Source: Eledone cirrhosa (lineage: Eukaryota). Taken from it: DNA of 64,000 bases. A program made the translations under genes and the position numbers. The stretch spans positions 242,172,001 through 242,236,000 of the forward strand of contig OZ024740.1 of NCBI GenBank assembly GCA_964016885.1, given 5' to 3'. Each line of letters opens with the position of its first letter. The stretch's first letter is position 1. The notes under the pieces were generated by a model, which made no database searches, had not been told where the DNA came from, and saw only the letters and a list, made by a program, of their open reading frames with translations. Positions 27,559 through 41,397 of this stretch are shown here, one piece after another.

Positions 27559-27940
27559 CTCTGGAGAGTCAACGGCCATCCAATATTTTTTTCTCCTTGG
27601 GGCGAGTGACTCCTAGTCCTCATTAAGTCATCTGTCTAGATGAAGGTCACTCTGCTATAAAACCGGCGACTTCGTTTGCATTCAATGTTGTAGACCAGTT
27701 CTTCTTTTGGGGAAAATGCATTCAATGTTCAGAGAGTGGGATTGGCCCCGTGCGAAGCCTTTCCTCACTTAAAAAAGCTTCAAGCACAGCCATAGCTTGA
27801 TATCTGACATTTTCTGCGATGCATGGTATTGCTGGCCATAGGCAAGTCCCTACCAGGACTAAAACGCCATGTCCGTGTACTCATCCTTAAGTATTAAGCG
27901 ATGAGGTTATGCGAAATCGAGTTGCAGTCATCATCATCAT
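27558..27940 (+). mobile_element. Diverged non-autonomous RTE-related element
   Basis: gagtcaacggccatcc and ttcctcacttaaaaaagcttcaagcacag motifs; (TATG)n flanks. Confidence 0.6.
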
Positions 27941-28189
27941 GTATGTATGTATGTATGTATGTATGTATGTATGTATGTATGTATGTATGTATGTATGTTT
28001 GTATGTATGTATGTATGTATGTATGTATGTATGTATGTGTGTATGTATGTAAAACAAAACTTTTAAAGCTATTAATTATTTTTATATAGACTTTTTTATA
28101 ACCTTTTTAACATTTTAACTTTCAAATGGGATAATATCCCTGGTCTACGTTTATGAAAAAGTCAGCGAATTATTGCAACTCGTTAATCG

Positions 28190-30775
28190 GTGTAGTGGCC
28201 GGCAGGTGGGTAAAAAAAGCCACTGGGAGTAAAGGACCCCGAGCTGTTGTTACAGTATCTTTCTAAAAGAGGGAAACTTTGAAATAAAACCTGCGGTTGA
28301 TGTGATTGCTGGTCATATGTCTTAGGCTTGTCACCCAACAATAATCACTGAAACTTAGAGTGGTACTCGTATAGTACAAGCGTTTGCCACTATAATCCAA
28401 TGATGTGCAGATGTCTCTTTTGTGATCTTCTCATCTGTCATTTTATCAGCTGAAAGCCCAATGGCGATGGAAGAGTAGCAACGTGTGCAGGCCTGACCAG
28501 TTGGAAGCACACGGTTGCAAATCTGCACATAGGTGACAGGGGGTCTTATCATAACATAACTGTTGTGTCTTCGTGTGACAAGGGCAAACACCGGTGGAGA
28601 CTTCTGTGTCTGAGCAGCCCTATTAGGGAGAGCACTGCTCACCCAAATTTTGGGGAAGGTGCTAGAAAAGGTGCATGAAAATTGCCTGTCACATCAACGT
28701 TGGGGAGTTTACTGCGGCTATCGGCGGTTCATTCCAGTAGGAAAAGAAAAAGTGAAGGACATAGTAAAACATTTATGAAAAATCGAGTGAAACTCAATAT
28801 TTGCTGCTGGAATGTTAGAACCGTTTTGGACCAAAATTCATTAAAATGATCAGAAAGAAGAACAGCACTGGTAACAAAAGTACTCCAAAGATTGAATATA
28901 AATATTGCAGCCTTGTCAGAAACACATCTCGCAGGGTGTGGTCAGCTGACTGAACCATCATCAGGTTTCACATATTTCTGGAGAACAGTGAGGTAGTGAT
29001 GTAGGTTTTGCAGTGCGAGATACTCAACACAACATTTAGAATCCCCCTCTAGAATCAGCGACCGGATAATGACGCTACGCATTCCACTTGCATGTGAGCT
29101 ATGTGCAACAATTTTGTCAGTTTATGCTCCAACTCTCCATGTCAGTGAAGAATATATTATAACGTTCTATCAATCCCTTCTTATTGCAATTACATCTACT
29201 CCAGTTGATGGAAAAGAGATAATTCTTGGTGATTTCAATGCCCGAGCTGACAGAGACCATGAGACATGGGATGCACTAGATCATTACGGCATTGGTAAGA
29301 TGAATGCCAATGGTCTGAAGCTACTTAAGCTCTATTCGGAACTCAACTTAGCCATTTGCAACATATTCTTCCGCTAGAACAAAAAGAAGCTTGAAGGTAC
29401 CTGGACACACCCAAGGTCAAAAGATGGCTACATGATAGATTTCATAGTAATCCGAAGATGCGACCTGAGTGGTGGTCTGTGACGTGCGCATCATGCATAG
29501 TGCAGAATACAGCACAGACCATAAGATGGTTCGGGGGAAGTTTAAGTTACGTGTTCAGAAAAATACTCGAATGTGTGGGATTAAACACTGAAGCGTATTG
29601 TTGTTCGAAAGCTAAAACAACAAGAATTACGTGACGTTTTGAATAAACGTTTGGATAATATTGACTTTGATGGAACGTGAATAAAATTCAGGGACCAATT
29701 GTATACAGCAGAAGCAAAAGAACTTGGGTTCAGGAAAATAAAACCATAAAGACTGGTTTGATGATAATAATCAGATTATCAGCCAACTTTTAAAGAAAAG
29801 AAAAATCATGCTCTTCGTGAAAAAATTTTTTTTTGGGGGGGGGGGGGGGGGGGGGCTGCGAATCTAACTGCTATTAAAAAGACATAGAAAGCCACCTTAC
29901 AACGCGAGCTGACAAAGTTTAAAAATAAATGATGGTCGAAGTTCTCTGAAGATATTCAAAGTGATTAAAACGGAATGGATTCAAAACTGCTATCATCAAG
30001 GAATCAGAGAAAGTCCTTGAGCTTTGTCAAGAGCATTTCACTGATTTATTTAATAATCCATCATCAGTTGATGTAGTAGATAGCATCCCACAACGTGTAG
30101 TAAATTTTAAAATGGATCGATTACCAGATTACCAGATTACAATGTGGTTTAAATGGCCATCAACCAGTAAAACATATTGTAAGATGGATCAGATGGACTC
30201 CCTGTGGAATTGTTAAATTGTAATAAGAACATAACACAAACAATACTCCATCATTTTAAAGAGGGTTGAATGGAGAGGACATGTGAAGGAGGGCTGCAGA
30301 ATGTTTGAAGAGAGACGTCTTGACAATGAAAAACTTAAACGTCAGCTTCGAAAAAGCCACAGTATAAACCTCAATAAGAATATAGGGAACTGGAGTTGTG
30401 GGGTATGTGGTCGTCTACTGCTCTCTAAATCTGGGTACATCACTCATTTAAAATCACATGAAAAGCCAACTGTATACAGAACTATCCCTCCAAAACTATG
30501 GTAGACAACATGTGTGGTGTGCAAAAAGATCTGCAAATCAATCTCTGGTCTTAAAAGGTATATGAGGGTATATAAAGATGACATCCCACAAACTGACCCA
30601 ATCAACCCATTAGTGGACAAACCTTTTGTCTGTCACATTTGCTGCAGACCGTGCAAATCTGTAGCTGGACATAAAAGCCACCTAAGAGGCCATGAACGGA
30701 AGTTTGGAGTTGGTGACAGTTGATAAGGTTGCATAGAGAGACGGCATCATCTGCGAAGATGAAGTAATCACCATG
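28190..30775 (+). mobile_element. RTE-clade LINE pseudogene, RT deleted, three C-terminal C2H2-like fingers
   Basis: CWNVRT, AALSET, SVYAPT, ILGDFNAR, TWTHPRSK..IDF (APE); DGLPVELL then a jump to the C-terminus; CxxC..HxxxH repeats; (ATGT)n tail. Confidence 0.88.
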
Positions 30776-30797
30776 TATGTATGCATGTATGTATATG

Positions 30798-31110
30798 TTC
30801 TTCTGGTTTTATAATTTTATAAATGTTTACCAATAGAGAGAGATTCGGTCTCTACCATAGTTACAAGACTCTCTCATTGGAATTTACACATCAACTAGGT
30901 AGGTATGTATGCACGCCTGAATGCATGCATGTGTGTGCAGGTATGGATGTTATTGTATGTGTGGTTGTGTACGTTTTGAGTTAAATGTGTGCATGTGCAT
31001 ATTCTTTGTATCTGCAAAAGTATATGCGGTTATTAGATGCAGAACTTTTGGAAAGTTTACATATTTTTACTGTTCCATTAAATGATTGTATTTGTAATTT
31101 CCTAACTAGT
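30798..31110 (-). mobile_element. R4/Dong-like subfamily A 3' end
   Basis: Matches 26058-26378 and the reverse complement of 55450-55772. Confidence 0.85.
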
Positions 31111-31135
31111 CATGTTAATGTATGAATGTATTAAC

Positions 31136-31166
<31 letters not shown>

Positions 31167-31216
31167 TGTATGTATGTATGTATGTATGTATGTATGTATG
31201 TATGTATGTATATATG

Positions 31217-31750
31217 TCGGGTCACTCTTGAGTGCTACTGGTAACATGTAACCCAGTACAATCTGTCGCATGGTCGGGTTGTCGGCGACTAAACCGGCAA
31301 CCCCACCAAGTTTACTTGGTGAGGAGGGTGATTTTAGACACTCTGCGGGACAAATAACAAAACCTGACAAAGGGCGGAAGAACTCATAAGAGTCAACGGC
31401 CATCCAAAAGTCTGTAAATATGTATATACACATGTACCGCGCGGTTAAACTACTGGGAGTGAAGGGCCCCTAGCCTTTGTCAGGGCATTATTCTAGGAGA
31501 AGGCAACTCAGGAAACTGGGATAATTCCGATATAAAACCTGCGGCTCAGTAGTTACCGATGATGTTGATCTTTTCTTCTTTTCGGGTTATAGTTACTGCC
31601 GCTCAGAGAGTGGGATTGGCTCAGTGCACAGTCTTTCCTCACTTTAAAAAATATCTTCACGCACAGGTATTGCACGATAGAATTAATTAATAATTTTTAA
31701 TAATGGTATATCGTTCAATGGCCATATTCGATAACGAGGGGGCAGCCATT
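31217..31750 (+). mobile_element. Most complete non-autonomous RTE-related element, hairpin-rich 5' part
   Basis: Serial hairpins tactgg/ccagta, gggttgtcgg/ccggcaaccc, caccaag/cttggtg; RTE 5'UTR block; (ATGT)n tail; 5' fragments also at ~33083-33258 and ~34000-34160. Confidence 0.75.
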
Positions 31751-31794
31751 ATGTATGTATGTTTATGTGTATGTATATACTATGTATATATGTA

Positions 31795-32993
31795 TGTTAT
31801 CTCTTTCTCTTAATTTCGAGTATATTATTTGACCGGCCACCTTCCTGGTGGCAAGGTTGTAAAAGAAAAGAAAGTGTCATCCCCTGAATCGCAAGAATGT
31901 TTTGCAACTTTTGAAGGTGCCAGATATCGCAGCCATTTGTAGACTATGAATTAGGGAGCTGCGCTCTTTGTCCGCAAATCCAAGTTCAGTCATACTTTGG
32001 TCCAAGCGGGTTGGTATATAACCCGTAGCTCCAATAATGATGGATATGAAGCTAAAGGTGTATCTTGGATACTGGATTTGTAAACTCCTCATCAATGGTC
32101 CGTAGATGTCCTCCTTCTCCTGTATTTTTGTGACAACGTTTAACTCAAGTGGGTAGATGATCTCCACAACAGAACACGTTTTCAATGTGTGGTCCCAAAC
32201 AACAATATCAGGCCGGTTGTGCTTTAATTTGGTGGCAGTTTCTATTTTCAGGTTCCACCAGTATTCCTTAGTGCGATTTGTCTCAATATATTCTTCCTCG
32301 TTTGTTGTTAATTTTGTTTACCGAAATGCGTTCCAGATGGTTCTAGCTATCCCATCGTGTCTCATGGGGAGGTAGTAGCGAGATGACATTCTTTCGCAGC
32401 TGGCAACAATGTGGCTTACATCCTCGATCTTTGTTTTACATAGCCTACATTTATTGTCAGCTGATGGCCCTCTCCTTTGTGCAGCAGATATTTGGTAGGG
32501 AGTTCTTGTTCCTGTATTGCATAGAGATATCCTTCAAGGTGTGATGTCATAAACCTGTCGGAACTCCATGCCCGGCTTTTTGAGTGGTTTTATCCCCTCT
32601 ATGGTCTGTGTTTTACGTCTCAAGTATCCATGCACAACTTTTTCTGTAAATTGGTCAATTTTTTCATCTTGTTTGAACATTGAATAAGATCTTCCGATTT
32701 CTCTGGGTGAGAGATTTATATCAGGCTTTATTCCATATCTCTCCTCCAGATCAGTCGCTATTCTAATGATATTTTTTTTTTCATGCTCATAAACCTGGGC
32801 AAGATGGTTGCCAACCTTTTTCCTCTGTTGCAGGTGTTGCTTCAGTGTTACTATCCGGGTCGCATATGATGTTAATATGGATTTTGCGTGAGAAGTATAG
32901 CCTATCCACATCACCATTGATGTTAAAGTTCCCAGTAACACTGAGAAGTTTGCGAGTTCTAACATCTATCTCACTTAGTTCTTGCAATGACCA
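31795..32993 (-). mobile_element. R4/Dong-like LINE 3' half (subfamily B) in (CATA)n
   Basis: IDVRTRKLL..DVDRLY, CRLCKTKIEDVSHIVASC, RHD, RPDIVVWD; frameshifts. Confidence 0.88.
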
Positions 32994-35900
32994 GTATGTA
33001 TGTATGTATGTTTGTATGTATATATATGTATGTATGTTTGTTTGTATGTATGTATGTATATATATATGTATGTACATTATAATGGGTCACTCTTGAATGC
33101 TACTAGTAATTTGTAACCCAATACAACTTGTTATATACTTGGGTTGGCAGCGACTAAACCAGTAACCACACTAAGACTGCTTAGGGTGATTTTTTGATAA
33201 AAAAAACGAAACCCATTAACAGGAGGAGAAACTCATGAGAGTCAATGGCTATCCAACAGTATGTGTATATGCTTCATACAGCATGTGTGTGTGTTTGTAT
33301 CAGTATAATAATCACCACCCTACTGCTTTGTGGGAGAGTCTAGTAAGACAACGGCTCGGGGAGAAAACCAGTCAGCTTACAGGTAGTTTCCAACAGGCTG
33401 GAGTACCTGCACCCACCCATTAGACTTATTCTATTTCCTAGCAAAGATAGCATAACACGACTCTAAAGCATCATTGCACAGATGGTTTTTTTTTGGTTTT
33501 TTTGTTTTTTTCTTTTTTACTTAAGGCTTTTTTTTCTATTCATGGTGTAATTTTAATTATTTGAAATTTGTTGGCTTACTACATTAAGAATATTAATTTA
33601 ATTTGCTGTTATTTTTCATGCAGAAAGCCTTCTTAAATGCCCCCTCCCCTAGTCATTCTATATCTCTATAACTTTTCAGTTAGTATTACTGTTAACAAAA
33701 TTACCAACTTGTTGAAATTGAATGGTCGGATGTATAATTTAATCTACTGTTGAAGTACATTTTTGTGTACAGCTTTGATTTAGATTGTTTAACTGTTTCA
33801 AATCTGACAGATTTTATTTATGTCCACATTGAAGTAATACGTTACATAAAACACTGTATGCATGTGGGACAAGATTTATGTCACATACTCTCGAATATTT
33901 TACATTTTGATTTTTTTTTCCTTGTTTTCTTCTTTCATTAAATTTTCAAATTTTTATTCCATTCATATCTTACCTTCTCTCTGGCCAGAGTTCTGCCTAT
34001 TACTGGTACCATGTAACCCAGTACAACCGGCTTAATGATGAAGTGTTAGCTCCCCTATCAGACTCTAGTCTGGTGAGGAGAGTAAGTGGAACTCCAGCAG
34101 CACAAAAAAACAAGAGCTGTTAAGGGGGTGGATGGACTCCTTGGTGTCAATGACCATCCAACCCAACAATGGGTTAAATAGCCTCATCAATCTGCAATTG
34201 GTCAAGCATGGTGAATTCGGCTACACCCCTGACATGACCAAAACCAAACAGAAAGCAGTGGAGGTCAACCATGGAGTGGTTCTTCGAAAAGGAAACAGAA
34301 GACTGTGGATTGGATTCTGCAGAAGAGTTGATATAGTATTGGAGTACTAGCTTGTAAGTTTTGAGTTCAAATTTACTATAGGTGATTCATTGTTTATTTG
34401 AGCTATATACTTCTACATGTCTGAATTCATCTAGCTATCAGAAATATAGATCAGATCAATCTATAAATGTCAAGCATCTTACCCAAGGAGAGACTTATCT
34501 TTCATATGCTTACCAGATGAAACTGGAGCTAGGCATTGGTGCACAAAATACACTCAGGACTTTGGAGATATTTTCATTTACCTTCATGCTACAATACTCA
34601 CATATATTGCTATCCTTGTGTGTGATAAATGCCATTATATTTTCAAGAGACATTAATCAAAATGAAACTTTAATCCCCATGCTCGCGTGACAGTTAGCAG
34701 TTGCAATTCTCATGTCAAATTATGAAATCACTAGGAATTTATATATTTAAATACTGAAAAAAACACTCTTCTGGAGTCAAGGAAACCAATATTTCAAACC
34801 ATGAGTAATAGTTAATTAAACTTACAAACCACACGGAATAAAACCTCTGGTTGACATTTACTACCAGTTTATGACAGAATTGTTATTGTTGCCAATGTCA
34901 TAGTTGTTTTTATGTCTAATCTCTTGGGATATGTGTTCAGCAAAACATATAAAACCTAAGCAACTAACATAATCACTCCTCATTAAAAAGTTAAAACTGG
35001 CGATACTGATTAATTGCATACACTTAAGATCATATCCGCAACCAAGTCCCTTTGAAAATGTACTTACATGAATGGATAAACTATAAAGTATATCAAATTT
35101 CTTTATACAGGGTCACCCATCATTTTTTTTTCTTGGAACATCAAAAATATTGTGTCAGTTCAAAAGTTTACAACTGGATATAAAGATCTCTCTTACACAC
35201 TTATGCCAAAGCTTTTTAACATAAACCACTACTATTTTCTAAAGCATCTCAAGTTTCATCTTAGGCAGATATTTTTTCTCTCTTTAAATATGCAACAGTT
35301 AGTTGAAGATCTATTTCCAGTTGACGCTAGAATTGTTTAATATTATGATACCAATGTCAATACAATGGGAAGTAATTAGCATATGAGGCTATTTGATCTG
35401 GAATATTCTTCAAATCTATAAAACTTAGTTTAAGAATCTTAAGTAAAAGTGATAGAAGTGATAAAGATTTCTCTAAGACATATTCAGTAAATAAATATAT
35501 GGTCACTGCCAATAACATTTTTCAACATTTTCAAAAATTTTAAACTGGAACTAATTATAACTTTTCCTCTTATCTGTTTGAAAAGAAAATTACTGTGCAA
35601 TAAGAAATGTGGATTAAAACTGGTTTTCACAGAATATTAAATGACTATCATTTGAGGAAAGTAGATTAAATAGCTTCACCCTATTAATCTTACTTTTTTG
35701 TTAGATAATAGTTATTCTAGAATCAATCTTAATGTTCTTTTATAACAGTACATCAGAAAATACCTACAAATACACCCATCTACGTTTCTATTCAATGACA
35801 TTGACTTATCCTCCAATTATAATTCCATTCACATCCAGGATGCTTTGTAAGAATATTACAGATACCAGTATCTCACTAGTAATTTATTTTATCGACCCTA

Positions 35901-36799
35901 GAAGAATTAAAAAGCAGAGTTTAACCCCACAGGATTTGAACTCAGGGCATAAATAACTGCAACCAAAGTACCACAGATATTTCTACTTATCTATCATTCA
36001 AGAACATATCGAAAATGTTGGTATGCTGACAAACGTTTGAGGTCTAATAAATAAATACCAGTGGAGAATTGATGGAATTGTGAGAGCTCTGATCCATGTC
36101 TTTGTAATCTGAATTCAAATTCTGCCTAACTGCCAATGGCCAGAGATACTCAACCAACTCAGGTACACCCTGTCCAAGCCATAATTGGCCAGCAGGAACA
36201 GGTAGTCATAAAGCTAGTACAGATAAACCTATAATAGCATACTGAGTCTTTCATCTAGCAATGGATCGACAACAGCTGATTGCTGTAACAAAGTTAGTCA
36301 ATGTGTTTCTTATATTATTTCTTTTTATGGATTTCAACAATACACTGGGTTAATGATCACCTTTTCTTTCAATAATTTTAAGATGAGTGACAAATCAGTC
36401 AATTACAAGTTATTTATTCCAGCGGAATAAATAACATTACACTGCATGAGAATGAAACACCAATTTTACAGAGCTTCTATTGCTTATAGTGGTAAGTTAT
36501 ACCAATATGCTATACTGAGAAACAAGAAACAAATGGGCCTCTCTGCTGAGACTTAAGTGTCTCAGTTATGAACATATCGCAACACCCCTAAAATTACATG
36601 AACTGTTGGCCTCATGAATGGTGATCCAGTATCCCATTTGCACTCTACAGCCACTATAGAAAGGAAAATATTGGAAGAATGTTTTAATGAGAAAATTAGT
36701 ATTGTTACAGTTATACACTTTATTAATCACCCTTTTTAATCACCTCAAGTTTCAAACAGCTTATGGTCATTTATCTACAACCATTTAAAATTCTAATAA

Positions 36800-36973
36800 A
36801 AATAATTGTTTCTACTTTAGGCACAAGGCCAGCAATTACCCAGTGCATTACTGGTACTTTATTTTATCGACCCCGTAAGGATGAAAGGCAAAGTCAACCT
36901 CGGCAGGATTTGAACTCAGATCGTAAAGGGACATAACTATGCTGGAAAGCATGGCGTCCAACCCTCTACCGAT
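36800..36973 (-). mobile_element. SINE family 1
   Basis: Core and tail match other copies; a diverged plus-strand copy lies at ~37112-37275. Confidence 0.85.
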
Positions 36974-38109
36974 AATAAAAATGATTCAAAACTTCGCCAA
37001 TTTGATTAAGCTTAATTAAAGTCAATTCCAAACAATTAATATTTCTTTCCTGTTACTATATAGTGATTTAAAAAAAATATTTTAAAACTTATGTTGTCAT
37101 TATTGAAACAAAGGTGGCGGTGAATTGGCTGAGTCATTAGAACATTGGATAGAATATTTCACAGTATTTATTATGGCTCTCTGCTCTCTGAATTCAAATC
37201 CCACCAAGGACAACTTTGCCTTTCTTACATTCGAGGTCGATAAAAAATGTACCAGTCTAGTAATGTAATCGATTCTTCCTCTATATCTCTTTCTCACTTC
37301 CATTCTCTCACTCTGTCTCTATCCTTCTCTGGAACAAATCTGCTGTATTCAGACCTAGAGAGGGGATGGCCTCTGTCAGGTTTTTAAATGCCCTAGACAC
37401 TATGTATGTTAACATGGTGCCTCTACAACTCCCCCAGGAGTTACAGGACACTGCATGCATAAAAGCAAAGGTAAATTTAAAGAATTGAGATGCTATATGA
37501 GGAGATGATGACATTAGTTTTACTTAGACTTAGTTGCTCTGAAACTTCTTCTGTTAGCTTGGCCAACTGCCATCTTTGATTGATTTATTGTTGCTGTTTA
37601 ACTTAGCATTTATTACTGATGGGTCAATATCTTCAATGAAAGACTGCTGGTCTTGTATGGATTGCCAGTAAATCAATAACATTAGCAAAGATTTGAACTT
37701 TATCATATTTCATAATTATGCATAGATGGATGAATATTTACTTAGAAAAATAGTGTGAATAAGGGGCAAACATCTGGTAAAAACAGAATTTGATGTCAAC
37801 TATATCTTACATGGCATTGAGAAAAATTTCGCAATATATCTCTCTTGAAATGTACACACATCTATGTCATTTTCTCAGTTCTCAAATGCTTCTAGAGTGT
37901 TCCATATTGGATTACAGATTTAAGCATACCTGACTAATTAATATTCTCTCCCAGAATTTGGGTATGAATAAAAGTGACCCAGCTCGAACTAAACAATTAA
38001 ACAATTTAGTCTGACTTCAAAAAGAAAGTCTTCTCCGTGTATTTGTGTTTTATTGAAATACCATCATGTCTTTATCATCGGTTTTAGTGGAAAGCCTGAC
38101 CATCTATTA

Positions 38110-38140
<31 letters not shown>

Positions 38141-38144
<4 letters not shown>

Positions 38145-38618
38145 AAAGGCCAGTTATATGATGCCTTTCTGAGATGCATGATGCTGCATGGTAGTGAGAC
38201 ATGGGCAGCAACTGCGGAGGATATGCGATGGCGGGAGAGAAATGAAACAAGCATGCTCCATTGGATGTGCAATGTCAATGTGTGTGAACGACCAAGCATA
38301 GACGAGTTGAAAGAGAAACTGTGTATAAGAGGGATAGGCTGTAGTATGCGGGAGAAAAGACAGTGTTGGTATGGACATGTGATGCGCATTGAGGATGACT
38401 GGTGGGTAAAGAAGTTCTAAGAAATCCCAGTAGAAGGAAGATGCAGTAGAAGAAAACCAGGAAAATCATGGGTGGAGGCGGTGAGAGCTTACCTCAGATC
38501 GCTGAAGCTCACAGAGGAGATGACGAAAGGCCACGACAAATAGAGAAATATTGTGCTGAATAGGACCCATCCCACCCTTGCAAGCAGGGAAAAGCAGACG
38601 TAAAATGATGATGATGAT
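38141..38618 (+). mobile_element. RTE-like LINE 3' fragment
   Basis: MLHGSETWA..WYGHVMR; ends gacgtaaaa(tga)n. Confidence 0.88.
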
Positions 38619-38814
38619 ATATATATATATAATATATGTATATGTATTATTTTTGACCGTTGGTCAGTCAATGGCAACATTGAGGACCGAATAAATTAGA
38701 TTACCGATATAAAAGACACAGAAGCGAAAAGCGAAAACTAACCAAACAGTGAGTGTGTTCTGTTATTAATTCTGGCAATATTACACAAATATGACCCTCC
38801 CCATGTATAACAAC

Positions 38815-38866
<52 letters not shown>

Positions 38867-38881
38867 TGAGAGAGAGAGAGA

Positions 38882-38953
<72 letters not shown>

Positions 38954-39512
38954 AAACAAATCTCTGTAAGAAAGTTTAATATATAATTTCAATTCCCTTT
39001 TTTGTATTTGATTTGCTGGCTATGAGTAAAACATCCTAGAAGAGCTGAGTAAATCATCTAAGCTATTGTCAAATTGTCAAACTGTCAAACCCCCCATCAT
39101 ACAAATATTGTTTGAAGCCTTTAAAAGATGCTTCTTGTCTACAGTCCATTTGAAGGGGCCTTTATAGGAGTAACACTTCATAAATGTGTCAAGGCAATTA
39201 AACATGATTCTATATCATTCATTGTTATGTCAAAAATGATAACTCATGTTTCAATACAATTGTATAGTGCAACTTACTCTCATAGTTATTAGATGAATGA
39301 TACTAAATGTTTGACAGTTTATAAAACAGAGGGAAGTATTGTGTGAGTAGTATTAACTGATAAGCTTGGAAGATTTATTAGATTCTTATGAAATGTAGCA
39401 GAATAGATAATGTTTATAACAAAGTAATGTTAAAAACACTGGTGGCTGTAATATGTATATATAGTTTAGGGATTGTAATGTCAAGTTACTGTAGGTTATA
39501 TATATATATATA

Positions 39513-40598
39513 CAGAGTGTAACAGGTAAAGTGGAACAGGATTCAAATGGGTATATTTCTAATTGTATAGATTTTGTTGGAGTCTTAATTTTAAATATTA
39601 CCAGCTTGAATAATAACTTGTACTATTTTTCATTTTAGATTGAGCAAATTATGAATGTTAATAAAGAATTAAACTATAGAAGTGTAAATTGCTGAATTAT
39701 TTTGCGTCTTCAAAAGTGCTCGGCAGATTGTTAGAGCCATTAAATATGCCAAATCTACTGTTTTTAGAGTTGCAGCCAATTTGAAGAAAAGTCAGGATGT
39801 TCAAAGAAAACCGTACAGTCCTCGCAGTGCTTGAAAATGCATACCTCACATCTTAGCAAGACTTAAAAGATTGATTGAGTTGAACCCATCAAAATTGATG
39901 GTGAAGTTGGCTTTAGATTGAGGAATCAGTAAAATGACCGTTTTTAGGGCTGTGACACAAGACCTCAATATGAAATCGTATGTGAGGAGACACCGTAACA
40001 TCTTAACTACCTGCTCCAAAGCCAGTCAAGCTAAAAGAAGTCCTGAACTTCTTAGTCATCTGAAACATCATCGCAGAGATGTCTGCATCTTCATAGATGA
40101 AAAGAAGTTCATGGTAGACGAAGTTGTAAACCATCAAAGTTCACAAGTGATAATTCTTCGAAAAGAGTGCAATAATTTTTGAAGATGGAATTGCCCGTGC
40201 TTGTCCCTAAAGATATTTGGCCCTTTAGCTTACCAGATTTGAATCTGTTTGATTTTGGGCTATGGGGCTCAATTGAAGAAATATCCAATGCAACTTCTCA
40301 CAACTGTGTGTCTTCACTGAAGGCTTCGATCAACCGAGGATTTGGTAAAAGGAAAAAGGAAGAAATAGTTAAGGAATGCGCATCATTTCGTAAACAGATT
40401 AAACAGATTAAACAGAGAGCTGTCAGCTTATCTCCCTTTGTTTGCTGAAAAAAGAAGTAAGTGACATAGTCACTACTTTAAAACAATAGCGTAAGGTCTT
40501 CAAAATGCTTTTAATTAAGCATACAGTGTATTGCAAAATACACTATATATACATTTATAATAAAGATATTTAAATGGCCCCAATTTACCTGTTGCACG

Positions 40599-40603
<5 letters not shown>
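39513..40603 (+). mobile_element. Tc1/mariner (maT-like) transposon, internally deleted
   Basis: Imperfect TIRs cagagtgtaacaggtaaagtgg / ccaatttacctgttgcacgctcta in (TA)n; FIDEKKF and WPFSLPDLNLFDFGLWG motifs. Confidence 0.85.
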
Positions 40604-40655
<52 letters not shown>

Positions 40656-40832
40656 ATACATTAACAGAGAAAGCTTTAAGCAATACTCCGACCGGCTTCC
40701 GTTTCACTCAACAAACATTAGGATATACCTTAGTATAATCCCAATTATACGTTTGGGGTGCTAACTATACGTATTTTGCGGATAGCCAGTTGTATTATTT
40801 TAAATGAGACATAATTAAAATACATCTCTCCT

Positions 40833-40954
40833 TCCAAACGATCGTTTCATTATAAGTTTTCTACAAATTGGGAAAATAATGTCCTGGTTATGTAGAAGCC
40901 TACACATAGTCCGTAGGAATATATGTAGGTGGGCACTTATAAATCATCAGTGGA
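40833..40954 (-). ncRNA. Type I hammerhead ribozyme with large branched stem II, family E
   Basis: UCCA-CUGAUGA-U-UUAUAAGU-[~77 nt, two hairpins]-ACUUAUAA-U-GAAA-CGAUCG-UU-UGGA. Confidence 0.72.
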
Positions 40955-41328
40955 TGCCCGACAAATATCGATATAAAAAAAAAACCTTACCGATATTAAT
41001 GTCCAGCGATGGTACCCCTCCGTGCTAGAATGACCGCCAAATTTGAAATTCTAGCAGTCTCACAATGAGAAATCTCACACTGCCATCAAGCGGAAAGGGG
41101 AGGTCATCGCAAAACATAAAATAATAAAATAATATGCGCGCCGGTCAATTAATTCTTTCAATAATTTTAACCATGCGTGAAGAACTCAATTGGATATAAA
41201 AAAATAAATATATGCATGTATTATTTATACACGCATATAGGTATTTTCTTAGGCTAAAAACAGAGATAAGATAAGATACCGGAAGAACAATCAATATTTC
41301 ATACAAAGGATAAATACGGAAAGTCATA

Positions 41329-41397
<69 letters not shown>

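Noticed and set aside
37353-37470. Possible host exon (ag|...AAAG|gtaaat, open frame PREGMASVRFLNALDTMY...)
   Set aside because: No recognisable protein family or partner exons; needs RNA-seq
40681-40795. Second minus-strand GAAACGGAAGCCGGTC motif next to family E
   Set aside because: Core (CUGGCUA) and stem I are too degenerate
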